Of a DNA stretch of 64,000 bases, positions 16,009 to 25,967 are shown piece by piece; the first letter of the stretch is position 1; each line of letters starts with the position of its first letter. The DNA lies in IMG/VR virus record IMGVR_UViG_3300029454_000001, positions 1-64,000 of that record. The stretch is one strand, 5' to 3'. The stretch comes from a virus. The notes beneath the pieces are model-generated. The model was not told the origin of the DNA and ran no database searches. It saw only the letters and a list, made by a program, of their open reading frames with translations. A program made the translations under genes and the position numbers.

Positions 16009-16935
16009 TTAATACCCTACTTGAGTGACCCCATACTCTGCCTGTTCAGAAGTAAAGCCATCAAATTCCAATTGCTGAATTAGCCCATCTCTTGAAAAAC
16101 TTGTAATATCCAAATAACTTTTAGCAGATTTTTCAGCTTGTCTATTCCAACTTGCGCCACAAAAGTCTGCTGCATATTTAGCTTCTTCATCTGTATATTG
16201 TGAAAATTTCAGTTGTTGAATTATTCCATTATAAGAAAACGAATTTATATCTAAATAGTCTATAGCTTCTTTCAGCGCATTTTTCTTTCCAAGCGGTACT
16301 TGTGGTGCATCTTCGCATTTTGAGATAGCGCAATCATATATATAATCTTGCGTAGAAATTGAATCTGGTTTTAAAAATATTCCCTCAACAGTAACGTAAT
16401 CTCCCACCTGTAGTTTTAATACATTTGAGTTGTTGCTTCTTACGAACATTGCAAATTCATCATATCCTGTATATGTTATAGAATTATCAATTGAAATTTC
16501 AACACGATATGCGCCAGCCTTATTAACACTATTTGCTTGCCATTCTTGTTCTGTCGGAAGCTCTATGGTCTGTAACACATATCCATTTATTTTTACCTTG
16601 TCTCCCATTGAAAAGTCTGGATAATCATTAATTTTTTCTGAATATATTTCTTTGATTACATCTTCGTAGTGGATTTCTGTATCCGCAGAATCATCAGAAT
16701 CTCCAAATATCTCTGAATGGCTCATTTTATAAGTTTTCAATTCCAAATCTTCCCACAAATCCTTGCATACAGAAAATACCGCTTCTGTTTCTTCTTCTGT
16801 TGCTGGTTCTATTTGTGTTGTTTCTTTAGTTTCTTCCTTCTGTCCGATTTCCCACTTAAACGCCATGACAGGTGTCGTAGTCACCAAACTCGCCATCACG
16901 GTTGCAGCAACAATAACTCTTTTTACTTTCTTCAT
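16009..16935 (-). CDS. Ltp-like surface protein (superinfection exclusion family) with signal peptide and two C-terminal Ltp repeats
   Basis: C-terminus NALKEAIDYLDINSFSYNGIIQQLKFSQYTDEEAKYAADFCGASWNRQAEKSAKSYLDITSFSRDGLIQQLEFDGFTSEQAEYGV matches the two-repeat Lipoprotein_Ltp pattern of phage TP-J34 Ltp. N-terminal signal peptide without a lipobox Cys. Confidence 0.75.
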   Translation of the reverse strand: MKKVKRVIVAATVMASLVTTTPVMAFKWEIGQKEETKETTQIEPATEEETEAVFSVCKDLWEDLELKTYKMSHSEIFGDSDDSADTEIHYEDVIKEIYSEKINDYPDFSMGDKVKINGYVLQTIELPTEQEWQANSVNKAGAYRVEISIDNSITYTGYDEFAMFVRSNNSNVLKLQVGDYVTVEGIFLKPDSISTQDYIYDCAISKCEDAPQVPLGKKNALKEAIDYLDINSFSYNGIIQQLKFSQYTDEEAKYAADFCGASWNRQAEKSAKSYLDITSFSRDGLIQQLEFDGFTSEQAEYGVTQVGY

Positions 16936-16998
16936 ACATACGTACCTCCCAATAATTGATACCCATATTGTACCACCTTGGGACGTATTCTGGAAGTC

Positions 16999-17223
16999 CT
17001 ATTTCGCTTTTCTATCAATTTCCGCAGTTACGGCAAACAAAAGAGCTTCGGCAAATTTCGCGCCGACCGAATCGGAGTATTTATCGTGAATCCGGCTTGC
17101 TTCCATGGTGAGATTTTCCCACTGCGGAATATCATCCTTTGAGATAAAGGCGTACTTCTTGTGGAGATTCCATATATCTTGCCAGATGGAAAAATAAGTC
17201 TGCTTGAAATTCATCAATACCAC
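16999..17223 (-). CDS. Hypothetical protein (74 aa)
   Basis: ORF track. 10-nt overlap with the upstream gene. Confidence 0.5.
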   Translation of the reverse strand: MVLMNFKQTYFSIWQDIWNLHKKYAFISKDDIPQWENLTMEASRIHDKYSDSVGAKFAEALLFAVTAEIDRKAK

Positions 17224-17546
17224 TTCTCCGTCAGTTGATTAATCGGTGTTCCGGCAACTCCGGCACTTTCTCCGCTGTCTGTTGCCTTGAAGTATGCTCC
17301 TTGAATCTGCGGATACATAAACTCAAACATTAGATAATTAGCAGCGTCACAAAGATATTCTGTATTTCCGGTCTTTCTGTATTTTTCAATGCACAAATCA
17401 TGTGATTCCAATGCATTAACCAGTTTCTCCCCGAAATTATCCTTTGCTGTGCCATATTTGTAAAAACTCATCTCAGCCCGATTTTGACGCAATTTATCAA
17501 AACGGTCTGAATATTCTGTTGGAAGTTCTGTTCCTATTTTGCTCAT
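17214..17546 (-). CDS. Hypothetical protein, possibly dATP/dGTP diphosphohydrolase N-domain-like
   Basis: FYKYGTAKDNFGE..KTGNTEYLCDAANYLMFEF resembles a MazG-related phage family from memory only. Confidence 0.45.
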   Translation of the reverse strand: MSKIGTELPTEYSDRFDKLRQNRAEMSFYKYGTAKDNFGEKLVNALESHDLCIEKYRKTGNTEYLCDAANYLMFEFMYPQIQGAYFKATDSGESAGVAGTPINQLTEKWY

Positions 17547-17665
17547 ATGTTTTAATTCTCCACAATTAATTAATTTCTTGGCTCAAATTTCAATTTTCTT
17601 GGCTTGTGCCTATATTTTATCTGGCAAGAGGTTTTGAAACGTATTTGGTTATTTTATCATGTCAA

Positions 17666-18109
17666 TTAATTACCCTCATATGTCTCATAATCAATCGTTC
17701 CAAGATCACCGTACACATCTGGATAATAAATTCCAATCCAGAAGTTATCTTCCATTGCTTTGTAGTAAGTTACTTTTACATTCCATCTCTGTACCTCGTC
17801 AATAATTTCTTTGTTGAGAAGTCCGAATTGATCTCGGCAAGCTTCACTTTCCAGTTTGTAAGTCAATGCTTTGTATTTCTCGGCATTTGCCTGTCTGGTG
17901 GCGGTAATATTGGTTTGAGTAAGTAGTAAAATCAATCCAGCTACCAGGAACCATACTGCACCGATAAAAGAAATTACCACGCCAAAAGACAATATAAAGC
18001 CACTCACATTTGAATACTCATATTCGTAGCTTAAAGATTCGCCTATTCTATTTGCAATCAGAATAGCAACGCCGACCGCAAAAATGATTACTGATAGCCA
18101 AAATATCAT
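17666..18109 (-). CDS. Membrane protein (3 predicted TM segments plus a soluble C-terminal domain)
   Basis: Hydrophobic stretches IFWLSVIIFAVGVAILIA, GFILSFGVVISFIGAVWFLVAGLILLL. Confidence 0.6.
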   Translation of the reverse strand: MIFWLSVIIFAVGVAILIANRIGESLSYEYEYSNVSGFILSFGVVISFIGAVWFLVAGLILLLTQTNITATRQANAEKYKALTYKLESEACRDQFGLLNKEIIDEVQRWNVKVTYYKAMEDNFWIGIYYPDVYGDLGTIDYETYEGN

Positions 18110-19170
18110 AGTGTGTCCTCCCTGTCCTCAACTTTCATTAACAAATTTTTCCGTATGTAGCCAGACATGAAATGCGAATAATGATGATCCGTGTACTCAC
18201 TAAATGAAGTTCCAAAGTATTCATCAATCACTTTCATGTATGTTTCAATCTCAACATTCTGGAAATAATCTGGATTTGGCCCGAATCCAAACTTGTCCAG
18301 GATATTATCCAAAGCGTCTTGATTAATTTTTATGTGCGGTTTTCTGGTTCGTTCTTCGTACCTCTTGAAGAAATACTTTGATACTACCAGGAAGCGGTTG
18401 GTTGTATATGGGCTTGTCGTATATCCCAATTCTTCAATACGCACTGCAACCTGGTTCTTGAATGCAGACCAATTAAAAGATTTACGGTCTATTGGAGTAT
18501 ACTGGATGCTTTCTTCTGTCAACATATTTTTGATATGTTGAGAATTGAACCACTCGTTAGAGTGGTATGCATTTTTCTCTTCTTCTTTTAACTCCGTAGG
18601 AGATGTAGTATCTGGTTTATCATTAATATCTGAAATATAATCTCTGTTTGTAGTTTCTGGTATTGCTTGACGGTTTGAATCGTATTGATCGTTCATGAGT
18701 GCTTCATTCATTGCGCACTCATGCGCATTGGAAAAATCATCTGGCAAATTAATTTTGTAATCGCTTAAAGGATAACCTTTTTCTTTAAGTGCTTTTGCTA
18801 TATTTACAAGGCTAACGCGATATTGTAAAGTTCTGTCCCATTTGTATTTTGGGTTATTTCTTTTTGAAATAAAGCCCATATTAACCAGTTCATTGATATA
18901 CCGCCTTACTTGGCTCACAGATAAGCCAAGCATGATTTCATTGGATAGTTCTTCTGCTGTTTTGTATATCCAGCCATAAAATAATTCCTTTTCTTCTTCT
19001 CCATTTTTTCGTGCGATTTCATTTTCTTTTTCAATGAATTTATCTGCATCGGAAACTCTTTCAGACCAATAAATAAATTGTTTTAATATGATTGCTTTAC
19101 GAAAATCTCCTGTAATAGCAAGCAAATCTTCACGCAAAACTACTTTTTTAATTTTCTCCATCTTATTCAC
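18106..19170 (-). CDS. Winged-helix replication-initiator-like protein (RepA_N / replisome-organizer style)
   Basis: FIYWSERV..GWIYKTAEELSNEIMLGLSVSQVRRYINELVNMGFISKRNNPKYKWDRTLQYRV is a wHTH pattern typical of Firmicute plasmid and phage initiators. Confidence 0.55.
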   Translation of the reverse strand: MNKMEKIKKVVLREDLLAITGDFRKAIILKQFIYWSERVSDADKFIEKENEIARKNGEEEKELFYGWIYKTAEELSNEIMLGLSVSQVRRYINELVNMGFISKRNNPKYKWDRTLQYRVSLVNIAKALKEKGYPLSDYKINLPDDFSNAHECAMNEALMNDQYDSNRQAIPETTNRDYISDINDKPDTTSPTELKEEEKNAYHSNEWFNSQHIKNMLTEESIQYTPIDRKSFNWSAFKNQVAVRIEELGYTTSPYTTNRFLVVSKYFFKRYEERTRKPHIKINQDALDNILDKFGFGPNPDYFQNVEIETYMKVIDEYFGTSFSEYTDHHYSHFMSGYIRKNLLMKVEDREDTL

Positions 19171-19951
19171 CTGCCGCTCTGTCTAATTTATCGTGAAATT
19201 TTCTATGGCAATTTTCGCATAACACTATGAGATCGTTATCTGCAACTGATCTCATATGTTCTCGTCCGTGATTTTCATATGTTTTATGGTGGACATTAAG
19301 TTTTCCACTCTTTCCGCATAGCTGGCAACGGTAATTTGCGCTTTTTAATTTATAATTCCTAACGCCATCCCAATACGGTGTATGTAAAAAATCGTTATAA
19401 TCCATATTGCTAATCTCTTTGCATATTTCGTCTTGATCTGGGTTAGTTCCATATTTTTGATACATGATATAGTTAATTTTGTCTTTTGCAGATACTCCAT
19501 CTCTAAAGCAAGCTTTAGGATTTAAATACTCCTTGTATCTGAGAGTAAGATTTGCAAGTTCCTCTTTTCTTTCTTTTTCCCATTTTTCATGAGATATTGA
19601 TTGTTTGATCTTTATTTGCTTCTGATATTCTGTCTCACATTCTTCGCATCTGAAATACTCGTTATTAGTGTCTTTATTATTGATACATTTAATCATATTT
19701 AAAATTCTAGTTTTAGAAATCATCCGAGTATATATTTTCCCGCAAATAGGACATTTTATTTGATATTCATATAAAACCTTATCTGTGGGAGTTAAGTTAT
19801 CATATCTATAAAATGCATTAGTGATTTCTGTTGTTTTTGCATTCATCAGAATTTTTGTAAGTTCAAAGTCGATAAGATCTCCACGTTTTATTAAATTGTC
19901 ATTTTTTCGGATATCAGAAAAGACTACATTTTTGATAAATTCTTTGTTCAT
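19163..19951 (-). CDS. Zinc-ribbon-rich protein with C-terminal HNH nuclease motif
   Basis: CPICGK..C..CEECE zinc knuckles, and YRCQLCGKSGKLNVHHKTYENHG..LIVLCENCHRKFH. Confidence 0.7.
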   Translation of the reverse strand: MNKEFIKNVVFSDIRKNDNLIKRGDLIDFELTKILMNAKTTEITNAFYRYDNLTPTDKVLYEYQIKCPICGKIYTRMISKTRILNMIKCINNKDTNNEYFRCEECETEYQKQIKIKQSISHEKWEKERKEELANLTLRYKEYLNPKACFRDGVSAKDKINYIMYQKYGTNPDQDEICKEISNMDYNDFLHTPYWDGVRNYKLKSANYRCQLCGKSGKLNVHHKTYENHGREHMRSVADNDLIVLCENCHRKFHDKLDRAAGE

Positions 19952-20082
19952 ATAGATAACCTCCGTATTGGTTGTTGGCGTACCATGAACCGCCAGAATC
20001 CGTAATTATAAAACAGTGGACAGGCGTATTACGGTTTACGCTTTTCGGCGGCCAACCTAGCCCACTGGTTTTACCGAATTAA

Positions 20083-20379
20083 TTAATCAAACATTTTGAA
20101 TGTTTCCTTGCAAAATTCCTCATAATCGGTTTTTCCGACCAGTGGCATTTTATTCCTCAGTTTTTCCATGGCTCTAAAAAACTTGCCTTGGTCTTTATTC
20201 CAGATTTTACAGGAAATTAGAAGATACTTCTCTTCTGTATGTCCAAATTCTTTTCCGAAATTCACTCTAATTTTCTCATTTTTAAAAAGTTGGTCTGCCA
20301 GATACTCTTCTGTATCTGCGAAAATGTATTCGCTACGGAATAAATGTTTTTGAATTAAGATGTAATTTTTATATGACAT
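20083..20379 (-). CDS. Hypothetical protein (98 aa)
   Basis: ORF track. RBS AAGGGAGGAATATC upstream. Confidence 0.55.
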   Translation of the reverse strand: MSYKNYILIQKHLFRSEYIFADTEEYLADQLFKNEKIRVNFGKEFGHTEEKYLLISCKIWNKDQGKFFRAMEKLRNKMPLVGKTDYEEFCKETFKMFD

Positions 20380-20465
20380 GATATTCCTCCCTTTGAAAAA
20401 GGTTCCATTTTAAATCGAACCTTTCCAGACCTCATTTTAAATGCGGGCTGTCTAAAAATTCAAAA

Positions 20466-21113
20466 TCATGCGGCAATTTTATTAATTCCTTTATTCAGAA
20501 TAAATTCTTTAATTTCGTTATATCCCCAGCCGTATCCAACCAATGCACTTACAAGCATTTCGGCGTTCTGGACTTTCACCAACTCTTCTTCTGAAAAATA
20601 ATCTCTCATACTTTCTTTCTTGGAAATTCCAAATTCATCTCTCAGTTGCTTGGCGTTTTTGCCAAATATGGACTTGTAAATAACGTCCGTATATGTAGAA
20701 TAGGCATGTCCGTGCATTCTTTCATTTTCAGAAGATTGCTGGATTGCCTTGGTAAACGCTTGCCTTACTGCAATTCCTTTTTCACGTTCTTTGATTTTTC
20801 CAATAAGGAGCTTTTCCATTGCATTGAACTGCCGAATATAGCCCTCTTTGAATTTCATTGCTTTTTCGCCAGTATAGCCCATAGCTAAAAGTGTAAATCC
20901 ATCTCTGGTTACATAGTACATTGGCTGTTTCTTATTTTGACAATTGACGTAAGAGGACTGCACGAAATTGTGCCTTCTAAAATCCTCACTGCATTCAAGT
21001 TCTCTTATATCTTGCAAAACCCTTTTATGTTCTTTCTCAAATGTCTCCGCAATATCTAGGCTTGTTACAATACTGGTTTCTACTTTTCCAATCATCATAA
21101 CTTCTACCAACAT
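20466..21113 (-). CDS. Rha-family phage regulatory protein (paralog 2)
   Basis: Internal Met after AAGGAGGAATGGAGA. TSLDIAETFEKEHKRVLQDIRE..YYVTRDGFTLLAMGYTGEKAMKFKEGYIRQFNAME. Collinear with 11678..12394 along its whole length. Confidence 0.8.
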   Translation of the reverse strand: MLVEVMMIGKVETSIVTSLDIAETFEKEHKRVLQDIRELECSEDFRRHNFVQSSYVNCQNKKQPMYYVTRDGFTLLAMGYTGEKAMKFKEGYIRQFNAMEKLLIGKIKEREKGIAVRQAFTKAIQQSSENERMHGHAYSTYTDVIYKSIFGKNAKQLRDEFGISKKESMRDYFSEEELVKVQNAEMLVSALVGYGWGYNEIKEFILNKGINKIAA

Positions 21114-21140
21114 TCTCCATTCCTCCTTATATTGATGGAT

Positions 21141-21214
21141 AAAATAAAAAAGAGCCGCCAAGTAAGATAAAAATTCCTCAAAATCGAGAAATATTAATTT
21201 CTTCTTAGCGGCTC
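21141..21214 (-). terminator. Leader terminator / attenuator upstream of Rha paralog 2
   Basis: Minus strand GAGCCGC..(50 nt containing the inner hairpin AGAAAT-TAAT-ATTTCT)..GCGGCUC followed by UUUUUUAUUUU. Alternative pairing of AUUUCUUC with GAAGAAAU is possible. Confidence 0.45.
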
Positions 21215-21250
21215 AAAAATCAAGACCGTGTGTACTTCTTCATTGAAGAA

Positions 21251-21272
21251 ATTATACCACACAATCAGTCAA
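21251..21272 (-). promoter_or_regulatory. Extended -10 promoter (TGGTATAAT) immediately after the tape measure stop
   Basis: Minus strand TTGACTGATTGTGTGGTATAAT. The TTGACT is only 10 nt from the -10, so only the extended -10 is credible. Confidence 0.4.
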
Positions 21273-21275
21273 AAA

Positions 21276-24200
21276 TCAATATGCCGGGGACGGTTTGAAA
21301 CGGCTATCCGTATCGTTCTGTGCTTTTGTTACTGCTTTTGCAATCTCGCTTCCGTCCAGAATAATGCTGTTCATAATGTACTGCGGATTGTTATTTCCGC
21401 TGTTCATGCTCATTGCCATTGCAACTCCCTGGGCTACTGCTTTTGTCATTTCTTCTTTTGTAAGTCCCATGCTTCCGTCCGAACTGGAAACAATGCTGTC
21501 TGCAATCTTCTTCATGGTTCGTGGATTTTCCAAAGGAAGGACGGCTTCAGAACCAGCTTCACCGATACCAATTACCTGTGCGCCATTGAAAAGACCACCT
21601 TTGGCATACCAATTTGGATAATACCAATTAGGACTATATACAGGAGTGGAACTAGTCTTTCCTCCTCCAAGATTGTGTTTTTTCCACTCAGAAATTTTGT
21701 ATGACAGCGTTGGAAAGCTAACGAGCTTCATCCCATTGACATAAGATTGTGCCGCTTGCTGACCAGCAGAGGTTAGATCAACACTAAATAAGCCTTTTAT
21801 TTTATCGGAAATTCCAGATAGGTTATTTTCTGTATAGGTCTTCATTTTTTGAGTCTCGGTGTCAACTTTACCAGAAGCCTTTTCCCAAATCTGGTTTGTA
21901 TTGATAAGAACGGAAGACCAATAGCTTTGAATGGTTGTCATAACTTTACCCATTACATCTTTTGTATCGGTGTCCATTGTTCCGAGGGCTGTCGATACAG
22001 CACTTGCGGAATTTCCCCAGTTTGTTTTTGAATCAGAACTAATATTTTCTGTGGAAGTTTTTACTTTTGTCTGTGCGGCAGACATAGCTTTCTCAGTTGC
22101 TGTTTGAATTCCAGACATTGCAGTTCCTGTAGCTTTGGATATGCTTCCCATTCCAGTTTTTACAAAAGTATTTGTACTGCTGATAGAGGTTTTCGTCTTA
22201 GTTTCCATCTCTTTCACGGAATCTGGGAATACTTGTGCAAAAATCTTTGCTACAGATTCTGTATTGATTCCGAGTTCCTTGGCGCGCGCCATGATATTAT
22301 CAAATGCATCCTGTGCAGTGCCACCAGAATTTTCAGCTTCCATTAATGCTGTATCAAGAGAAACCATTTCATCTGCGCTAAGTCCTAACTGTGTTTGCAA
22401 TTGTGGAAGAACAGTGTCATACAAATCATCAATCGACTGTTTACTAAGGTCAATACTTCCAGACATATTTGTTGTTTTATCATCCAATGTTTTAATAGAA
22501 TCAGACAATATTTTAAACATGTCGTCCGTAATAAGACCTTTCTGGTTTAATTGAGAAAATGCTTGCTCTGCCTGGTCAGATGTAACCCCCATTTCTCCCA
22601 ACTTGTCAATCAATTTTTGTGTTGCTTTTGCCTTATCCTCGGCGGTCATCCCTTCTTGCTCAAGGCTTTCTTTTAACTGCCAAATTTCCTCTGCTGATCC
22701 AGAAAGAATATCACCTCTTCTCTGTAAAGTTTGAATGAAGTTATTCATGGTATTGCCGAATGTGGTTCCAACACCATTACCGCCTTGCATGGTTTCAACA
22801 AGACCAGCCAATTGAGAGGTTGCGCCAGCTGCAGCTACTCCTACTGCCACGATAAGTCCAGCTTCACCTACAAGAGGGCCAAGTGCTTTAGTAAGAGAGC
22901 CAAATTTACTGCTTGAAGAACCTGCCGCATCCCCTAAATCTTTTATTGCTTCTTTTGCTCCACTTGTGCCATCTCCAAGGACATCTGCTAATTTTTCAGC
23001 AATCATTTCAGCGTTTTTCTTTTCAGCTATTTTACTCGCAATATGTCCCACAAGTGAACCAACAAGAGTACTGATACCTGTGATATTTGCTATTTTTACT
23101 GCAATAAAGGCTTTTCCAAGAATATCAACAAGACTTCCAACAAGCGGATGGTTTTCTTTTATTCCGTCCACTAATCCGTTAAATGCATCTGATAAACCAC
23201 CAAGAATCAAATCAGCTGCTGTACTAAGGATTTCACCCCATGGCAATTCACCAAGGAATGTTCCAACTCCTTGTCCGAACTCATAGAATGTGTCTGTAGT
23301 GAGAGAATCTTTTAATGCGGTACACAGGTGAGATATAAAATCTCCAAGAGCCTGTCCATTTTCTTTCCAGTTTGTTTCTTTGATGAATTTAGCGATTCCA
23401 TCTCTTATCTTGGTTGCGAGATCATCCCAATTAAATGTTTCGGTAAATGATTTTAAGCTTTCGAACGCTCCGTTTAATAAACCAGAAAGTGCATCTGCAA
23501 TTGTGTTCATGTCTATCTTTTTTATTGCACCATTTAAGGCTTTTCCAATAGCAGTGCCAAGCTTACCCCATCCAGTAATTCCAGCACCATCCTTTTTAGA
23601 CATATCCTTTACAAAGCCAGAAAGCATTTTCCAAGATGCCATAAAACTGTTCCCAATTAAGTTTCCAAGACCTGTCCAGTCAATTTCCTTTATAGCACCT
23701 TTTAAAAGTTGAGACAGTTTTGCCCCTATTCCGGAAAAATCTATTCCTCCATCTCCAAGCAACAGGTTTAGAGTATTTACTGCTGTGTTAATTCCAGCTC
23801 CAAGCAATCTTCCCATTAAGTCAAAATCTATACCGCTAACCATGGAATTGAATGCCGTGGTAAATGCATTTACAAATTCGGTTATTTTCGGGCCAACATT
23901 ATTCCAATTAATAACTTCGTATATTTTTTGCATTCCAACATTTATCATATCTGCAATAGTAAAGCCTAGTCCCTGCCAGTCTTTATTGATAAATGCTTTT
24001 CTGATTTTAGCAGCCCATTTATTGATTGGTGTTTCGTCAACAGTCAAAACTTCATCCAGTGAATCTTGTATTCCAGCAAAACTATCTGCTAAATCTCCAA
24101 GTCCAGAACCAAGACTTTTAGATTCAGTTCCAGAATTATCGGAATTATCTGTAAGCTGATTTAATTGGTCGAATGGCAATACAGAAAGTGCCTTTTTTAA

Positions 24201-25967
24201 TTTCTTGGCAGATGATGTAGCGTCATCAAGCCCGGAGGAGGCATCGTCACCAGCTGTTTCTATACCGCCTAAGTTAGATACAATATCACTAACTCCACTC
24301 TGCGAGCCTTTTAGTTTCTTACCCATCAATACATACATGAAGTTGCGGAATGCATTTGCGGCTTGCATAAGCTTTGACATGAGCGCATTAAGTGCTTGAA
24401 TAGCCGGAAGGATTCCAGCAATTAAGCCTTGCCCGATTACTGCGGAAAGTGACTGGAAATTCAGAGTGAGTAAACGAACCTGGTTCGCCCATGTGCCAGA
24501 TGTCCTTGCGAAATCCCCTTGCACATCACCTGTAACTGACATTAAATAGTTATATCGAAGAGCTACTTTTTCAGCTTGAGACATTGCATTATAAGATGTT
24601 GTAATTCCCCTTGAAAGAGCATAAGCCTCCATATTTGCAACGGATAAATTAATGCCCAATTGTCTTAAAGGCTCAATTTCCCCGGAAATTCCAGAACGTA
24701 TTTTCTGAAAAGCAGTATCGGTATCAACATTGTAAAATGATGCAATATCCCCGGCTAATCCAGCAAGAGAAATTGACATTTTAGAAGCTGCATCTTGCGC
24801 AACACCAGATGATTTCATCATTGCCATCATGGTTCCAGAATATTGCTTTGCTGCCAATTCTGATAATCCAAATTGTTCTTTGGCCGTAGAAGCAAATTTG
24901 TAGGCTTCATCTGCCATGCTTCCAAAGGAAACATCTACAACATTTTCGATTTCTGTAATAGCAGAGCCAAAACCAATTGCACTTTTTCCTAAATTTGCCA
25001 GACCACGAATAGCCTTAAAACCGATAGCAGTTTTAAGCAAATTTCCGAGATTAAAAGAAGCGGTTTTAATTCCAGAACTACTATTCCCGAGACGTTGAAA
25101 CCATCCAATAATGCCTTTTACCCCGGTTCCAATTATAGAAGAAGTTTTACTAACAATATTACCAAGGCTAGATGTTGCAGATGATAATTTAGAAAACGCA
25201 CTGGATATAGAATTTGTAGCGGAATTCACTTTACCGCCAGAATTTGCCAACTTTGCTAGTGCTTCCGTCATGCGGATTGTGTTATCACTGATTTTAGGTG
25301 CAGTTTTCATCACGTCAAAGAAAGATAATACTTCCTTTGCTAGTGTTCCAAGTTGGCTTGACGTTTGTCCGATTTTATTTCCAGAGCTTGCCAATTGTGC
25401 AATAGACTGAACTAACCTATTTACAGGTTCAGATATATCGCCAACGCTCGTAAAACTCTCTACGATTGATTTAAGATTTCTTCCAAGCCCAGGCAATTCA
25501 GCAGATACATTCGCAATATATTCACCAGAATTGGCTAGTCTAGCCATTGAATTGACAAAACGATTAACACTGGTAGATACATCTGGAATCTCTGCCAAAT
25601 TGCTTAATTGATGGATTATTTCTCCAAGTTTCCCAGAATCAAATCCACTAACATCAACCTGGCTAAGCCTGTTGATTGAGTTGATAACTGCATTCAGACC
25701 AGAACCTTTATAATCTACTCCACCCATTGTCTTTATGGAATTTGAGAATTTTCCAATTCCATCAGCAATGCTTGTCATTTTCCCTATATCAAGTTCTTTT
25801 AGTTTTCCAAGTTCCCTTACACAACTACGTAATCCGTTTGTATTAACTCCGCTTAATGCGGAATTAACTTCTGTGAGTTTGTTTGAAAGATTAGTCAGCG
25901 CACGTACTGCTTTTTCTGTGCTACTGCTAATCTGTATATCAAGGGTATCAATGGTATTTTCAGCCAT
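21276..25967 (-). CDS. Tail tape measure protein (1563 aa)
   Basis: Very long Ala/Gly/Ser-rich helical protein. Core AKQYSGTMMAMMKSSGV..IRSGISGEIEPLRQLGINL is typical of the TMP family. C-terminal GGLFNGAQVIGIGEAGSEAVLPLE. Sits downstream of the chaperone pair. Confidence 0.9.
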   Translation of the reverse strand: MAENTIDTLDIQISSSTEKAVRALTNLSNKLTEVNSALSGVNTNGLRSCVRELGKLKELDIGKMTSIADGIGKFSNSIKTMGGVDYKGSGLNAVINSINRLSQVDVSGFDSGKLGEIIHQLSNLAEIPDVSTSVNRFVNSMARLANSGEYIANVSAELPGLGRNLKSIVESFTSVGDISEPVNRLVQSIAQLASSGNKIGQTSSQLGTLAKEVLSFFDVMKTAPKISDNTIRMTEALAKLANSGGKVNSATNSISSAFSKLSSATSSLGNIVSKTSSIIGTGVKGIIGWFQRLGNSSSGIKTASFNLGNLLKTAIGFKAIRGLANLGKSAIGFGSAITEIENVVDVSFGSMADEAYKFASTAKEQFGLSELAAKQYSGTMMAMMKSSGVAQDAASKMSISLAGLAGDIASFYNVDTDTAFQKIRSGISGEIEPLRQLGINLSVANMEAYALSRGITTSYNAMSQAEKVALRYNYLMSVTGDVQGDFARTSGTWANQVRLLTLNFQSLSAVIGQGLIAGILPAIQALNALMSKLMQAANAFRNFMYVLMGKKLKGSQSGVSDIVSNLGGIETAGDDASSGLDDATSSAKKLKKALSVLPFDQLNQLTDNSDNSGTESKSLGSGLGDLADSFAGIQDSLDEVLTVDETPINKWAAKIRKAFINKDWQGLGFTIADMINVGMQKIYEVINWNNVGPKITEFVNAFTTAFNSMVSGIDFDLMGRLLGAGINTAVNTLNLLLGDGGIDFSGIGAKLSQLLKGAIKEIDWTGLGNLIGNSFMASWKMLSGFVKDMSKKDGAGITGWGKLGTAIGKALNGAIKKIDMNTIADALSGLLNGAFESLKSFTETFNWDDLATKIRDGIAKFIKETNWKENGQALGDFISHLCTALKDSLTTDTFYEFGQGVGTFLGELPWGEILSTAADLILGGLSDAFNGLVDGIKENHPLVGSLVDILGKAFIAVKIANITGISTLVGSLVGHIASKIAEKKNAEMIAEKLADVLGDGTSGAKEAIKDLGDAAGSSSSKFGSLTKALGPLVGEAGLIVAVGVAAAGATSQLAGLVETMQGGNGVGTTFGNTMNNFIQTLQRRGDILSGSAEEIWQLKESLEQEGMTAEDKAKATQKLIDKLGEMGVTSDQAEQAFSQLNQKGLITDDMFKILSDSIKTLDDKTTNMSGSIDLSKQSIDDLYDTVLPQLQTQLGLSADEMVSLDTALMEAENSGGTAQDAFDNIMARAKELGINTESVAKIFAQVFPDSVKEMETKTKTSISSTNTFVKTGMGSISKATGTAMSGIQTATEKAMSAAQTKVKTSTENISSDSKTNWGNSASAVSTALGTMDTDTKDVMGKVMTTIQSYWSSVLINTNQIWEKASGKVDTETQKMKTYTENNLSGISDKIKGLFSVDLTSAGQQAAQSYVNGMKLVSFPTLSYKISEWKKHNLGGGKTSSTPVYSPNWYYPNWYAKGGLFNGAQVIGIGEAGSEAVLPLENPRTMKKIADSIVSSSDGSMGLTKEEMTKAVAQGVAMAMSMNSGNNNPQYIMNSIILDGSEIAKAVTKAQNDTDSRFKPSPAY

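Noticed and set aside
19952-20082. Similarity of CCGTATTGGTTGTTGGCG (about 19963-19980) to the 27-bp repeat unit at the window start, as a possible shared recombination site
   Set aside because: Only about 12 of 18 positions match and there is a single copy. The resemblance is probably chance. The region does hold hairpins (CCGTAAT/ATTACGG), but I cannot support a function.
21228-25967. Many plus-strand ORFs of 60-170 aa inside the tape measure gene (also inside the tail fiber, capsid, portal and scaffold genes)
   Set aside because: These are shadow ORFs antisense to long, clearly coding genes. They have low-complexity Ser/Pro/Phe-rich translations and no RBS.
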